DNA of 63,996 bases, counting the filler, from Perkinsus olseni (lineage: Eukaryota): NCBI GenBank assembly GCA_013115125.1. It is 3 parts of 3 records of this genome, joined end to end, with 100 filler letters (N's around TTAATTAATTAA, not from the genome) between each part and the next. Parts side by side here need not be neighbours in the genome. Positions count along the whole stretch, not along the records: positions 44,798 to 63,996 come from JABANN010000602.1; 2 more parts are not named here. The stretch is one strand, 5' to 3'. A program made the position numbers and the translations under genes. Each line of letters starts with the position of its first letter. The stretch's first letter is position 1. Positions 60,634 to 63,996 of this stretch are shown here, in pieces. A model generated the notes under the pieces. The model was not told the origin of the DNA. It ran no database searches and worked only from the letters and a program-made list of their open reading frames with translations.

Positions 60634-62436
60634 ATGCGACGAGGCCGTAATGCGACGGAATGCGTCGGAATGCGTACGTACGGTAGCGACGAGGCCACGG
60701 TGGGTTTGGAAAGAGGGGTGCCGCAAGGCAGTGCCTTGGGCCCCTTCCTATTTCTGCTAAGCACCCTACCACTAGTCGATGCGTTCGCGGGTATGGAGGA
60801 GAAGGGCGTGCGCCTGACCCTCTATGCGGACGACACGACGGTAGTGGTGTCTGCCGGTACTGGCCCGTCGCTGGTGAAGAGGTGGCGGTCAGCAGAGGCT
60901 CTGCTTCTGGCTTGGGCTGCCAACGCGGGTGTGTCCTACGAGCCGGCCAAGAGCCAAGCGCTCCTGCCTAGGACCATCGGGGACAATATCCTGTCCCTTG
61001 ATGGAATACCCGTTGACATCGTCAAGGTTGTTCGGGTACTTGGTGTTTGGATCGATCACCGCCTATCGTTCCAACACCATATCAAGGTTAGATGTGCCGA
61101 AGCCAAAGCCAAGTTAGGCAGGCTGAGGCACTTGGGCTGGGCACGTGCTGGGATCACCGGAAAGAAAGTGATCAAAACCCACAAGGTGGCGATCGTTCCG
61201 GCCCTCAGTCACGCTGTCTCAGCATGGAAGGAAGGGCTGGAGTCAGCCACAGCAAAATCTGCCTTGCTGCAGGTTTCGGCTATGGTGGCGAGGATAGCCC
61301 TCCAGGCCCCACGGAGCAGCTCCAACGCGGCACTCTGTGTCGCGGCTGGCATCATGCCAGCAGACTTGGAGCTTGGTACCATCGCAGCCACCAGGCTCGC
61401 TGCACTTGGGTGTGCTAAGGCCCTAGACCAATCTCTCTCGGTCAAGGGCTTGACTCTCTTTGAGGGTCGCGATGGTGGTGATATGGTGCAGCGCTGGAGG
61501 GGTTTGCCCACTCAACCTTGGCACCCCTGGGTCACGACTACCATCTCGGAACGTGAGGAGGCCAAGAACTACGCGCTCGAGGCTCTCCAAACTAAGAATG
61601 CCATCTTCACGGATGGCTCGGTAGTCAAGAACGTCAAAACCGGCGCTGCTTTGGTCGTTTATCGTGAGGGCGTAGAGGTCTACTCCAATTTCTGGAAGCT
61701 CTCCCCTTACGCTACTATTACGGATTGCGAACTCCTAGGAGTTCTGGAAGCAGTCCGCTGGATTGTCTCGACAGCGGGTGACGAGGCCTGGGAGATCTTC
61801 ACGGACTCTCAGGCGGTACTCAAGATCCTGTCGTCCCGAGCATCCACGGCCCGGTGGGATAAGGCGAGACAGATCTATCTGTCATTGTCCGAAATCCCTG
61901 GTAGGGTATCCCTTCGATGGGTACCGGGGCACAGTTCCATCAGTGCCAACGAACGGGCCGATGAGCTGGCAGCCAAGGGTGCCTCCATGAGGGAAGTCTC
62001 TGCGGAGACGGAAATCAGTGTGAGGACTCTTCGGCGGTATCAAGGAGAAGCTGGCCGTCTGTCACTGCGCAAGTGGTGGTCAGACAAGAGAGCCAGCCTG
62101 GGCACTTCTGTCAACGACTTCTTTTACTGCGCTTCACACGCTCGTTTGTGGATCCGCGGGGAAGTCACGGCAGCTAGCAGTGCCGTTGTATTCGGAAGGG
62201 CCCCAACCCCAGCCCATCTCTATAGATGCGGGGTGGTCAACTCGCCAGAGTGTGACTGTGGGGCGCCGGTGGGGAACACGCGGCACTACCTCCTCTCCTG
62301 TCCGCTCCTGGAGCAGGCTAGGAATAGGGTCAAAGGTGGTGTCCCCTACCATTTATATAAACTAATTGTTGATTTGAAGCGACGCAAGTCCTTCAAGAAA
62401 GCATTCAGAAATTCTGAGGCCGTATGCGGATCCTGA
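60634..62436 (+). mobile_element. 5'-truncated non-LTR retrotransposon (LINE with RNase H and terminal Cys/His motif)
   Basis: RT GVPQGSALGP, YADD, LGVWID; RNase H FTDGS, E, FTDSQ, WVPGH, NERADE; C-terminal CDCG...HYLLSC. The upstream RT domains and the endonuclease are absent. Confidence 0.9.
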
Positions 62437-63818
62437 TGCTTGCAACACTAGTAGTGATTCACTACCCCTGGGTAAAATCACCCAATGATCCCGATGCGTG
62501 AGTAGAATCGGGCGGTGATGCTGAGTACGCAAGTCGGATTACATTACTCTGAGTAATATGCAAGATTCAAGATGCTGATTCCTGAGCTCTGAGAGAGAGT
62601 ATTGATTCACGATGGTGAATCAAACCCCCATGTCATGAACGATCTTAATCCGCGAATCACAGTGTGATTATCACACTAAATTTACACGAAAAACGCCCAG
62701 ATCCAGTACCGGGGGGTCCTCGCCGCGACCCTCATGGGGATGCTGATTCAGAACCCTGAGTAAAGTCTCGCAATCTTGAACTATCGTAATTTTCCATAGA
62801 ATTTGAAAGGTTAGGTCAAGTCGGAAAAGTTGGAAAAAAAGCTTGCACCAGTATTTAAAGTTCAAATTTTGAACCCGAGTCGAATTACTCGGGTTGTCAC
62901 GTAACGTGACTCACGTTGATGCGAGTGTGTAAGATGCTCCTAGGATAGAAGTTCTATCATAGAACCGGCGATCCCTCCGTGCATCGGAGTAGGTCGCTGA
63001 TTGCGATCAGGCCAGAATCGAAGTTCTCGATCATCCAAATCCAGTCGTTTCCGAGATGAATGGATTTTTTGGGCTGCGCTATCCACAAACGGAAGGAAAA
63101 ATAGATTTCTATTTTTCTTTCCCTTCGCAGGAAAAATAGGGAGGAATGAAAGAAAGAATGGAAATTTCAGCCACCAGTACAATAAGCCCCCGGGGCTTAT
63201 TGTAGTGCCGGGTAGGCACAACTTTTGGTTTTCCGCCTCTGTTTCGTACGAGGCCCACCATTGAATATTTGCTGGAAAAATATATATATAATAAATAGCA
63301 GCAGCTGGAGCAAGCGTCGGAGGACTGGCGACTGGGACGGTGACCGCGAGGATGAAGGAAGATGCAGATGAAGTCGGTCGAAGCCTTAGAGCAGGAAGAC
63401 GTGATGACTAATTCATGTATTGCTCGTTATTAAGGAACGTTTCAATCTGTCCGGAATGCAAGGCTCGCATAGTGACTTCCAAACCATGATAATGGAGCAA
63501 ATGTGTGTTATGGTTCGCCAACCGTTCATGACATGTTCTTGTTCCGGCGAGTGAGGAAGCTACTGGAAAGACTCGTTAGAGCCATTTGTCTGGCTAGAGA
63601 CACTTGCACAAACAAAAGACTTCCCGCGGGGATGAACATGGTTATCACGGATTACGACACGAAGAACCTTGCTCAACCCGACCTCTCTTGTTTCGCCTTC
63701 AACCACGTGTCGAAATTTCCGTCAGCGATGGGACAATACCAACTCCCTGACACTCCGTTGATTCGAGGTTTTCTATGCCCAGTGGTAGCTGTGCGTTCTT
63801 GCATGCAAGACATACAGC

Positions 63819-63884
63819 GCACCCTCTTAGCTTGGGCTTGTATCATACAAGCCCAAGCTAAGAGGGTGCATACAAGTTGTATGC
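63819..63884. repeat. Perfect palindrome (25-bp arms, C spacer) chained to a second one (8-bp arms, G spacer)
   Basis: GCACCCTCTTAGCTTGGGCTTGTAT-C-ATACAAGCCCAAGCTAAGAGGGTGC, then GCATACAA-G-TTGTATGC. Confidence 0.95.
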
Positions 63885-63920
63885 CCTCACTATCAGCATC
63901 CTCAACTTCATCCCTCTCCG

Positions 63921-63930
63921 CCCCCCCCCC

Positions 63931-63996
<66 letters not shown>
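63921..63996. repeat. Poly-C run followed by a long poly-G run
   Basis: 12 C, then G to the window end. Confidence 0.9.

Noticed and set aside
63921-63996. Poly-C/poly-G as a G-quadruplex or telomere-like structure
   Set aside because: A pure homopolymer at the window edge, which cannot be distinguished from a sequencing or assembly artefact.
1-63996. CRISPR arrays, rRNA genes, and most short ORFs in the supplied track
   Set aside because: No regularly spaced repeat-spacer array or rRNA motif was seen; most short ORFs are antisense shadows or exon-intron read-throughs.

Overview
Intron-rich eukaryotic DNA, most likely from the alveolate Perkinsus: it contains an exact Perkinsus-type 22-nt spliced leader (SL), has many short (~40-60 nt) introns, and has two 100-nt scaffold gaps with a TTAATTAATTAA linker. 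The left third is accessory: secreted proteins (Ig/filamin-PA14-like, Gly-rich, subtilisin, Cys-rich repeat proteins), a GGCT/AIG2-like gene, a calmodulin-like gene, a MITE and dispersed repeats. The centre is a tightly packed minus-strand block (mitochondrial T7-type RNA polymerase, HAT1, DEAD-box helicase, putative mitochondrial protein), followed by a BRE1-like RING E3 and tRNA-Arg. The right part holds a gag-pol retroelement, CFAP36-like and CFAP54-like genes, a tRNA-Val nested in a probable gene, and a 5'-truncated LINE. Three observations stand out. (1) The retroelement begins with a complete SL 28 nt before the gag ATG and has no 5' LTR or primer-binding site, which suggests a re-integrated trans-spliced RNA. 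(2) Its gag and pol are joined by a G GGA AAC slippery site with a predicted pseudoknot, and pol combines a DIRS-like RNase H with a protease and a BEL/Pao-like integrase. (3) Palindromes with a single unpaired central base, often chained, occur throughout, including one filled/empty paralogous pair. All gene models were read by eye, so exon boundaries are approximate and no database searches were run.
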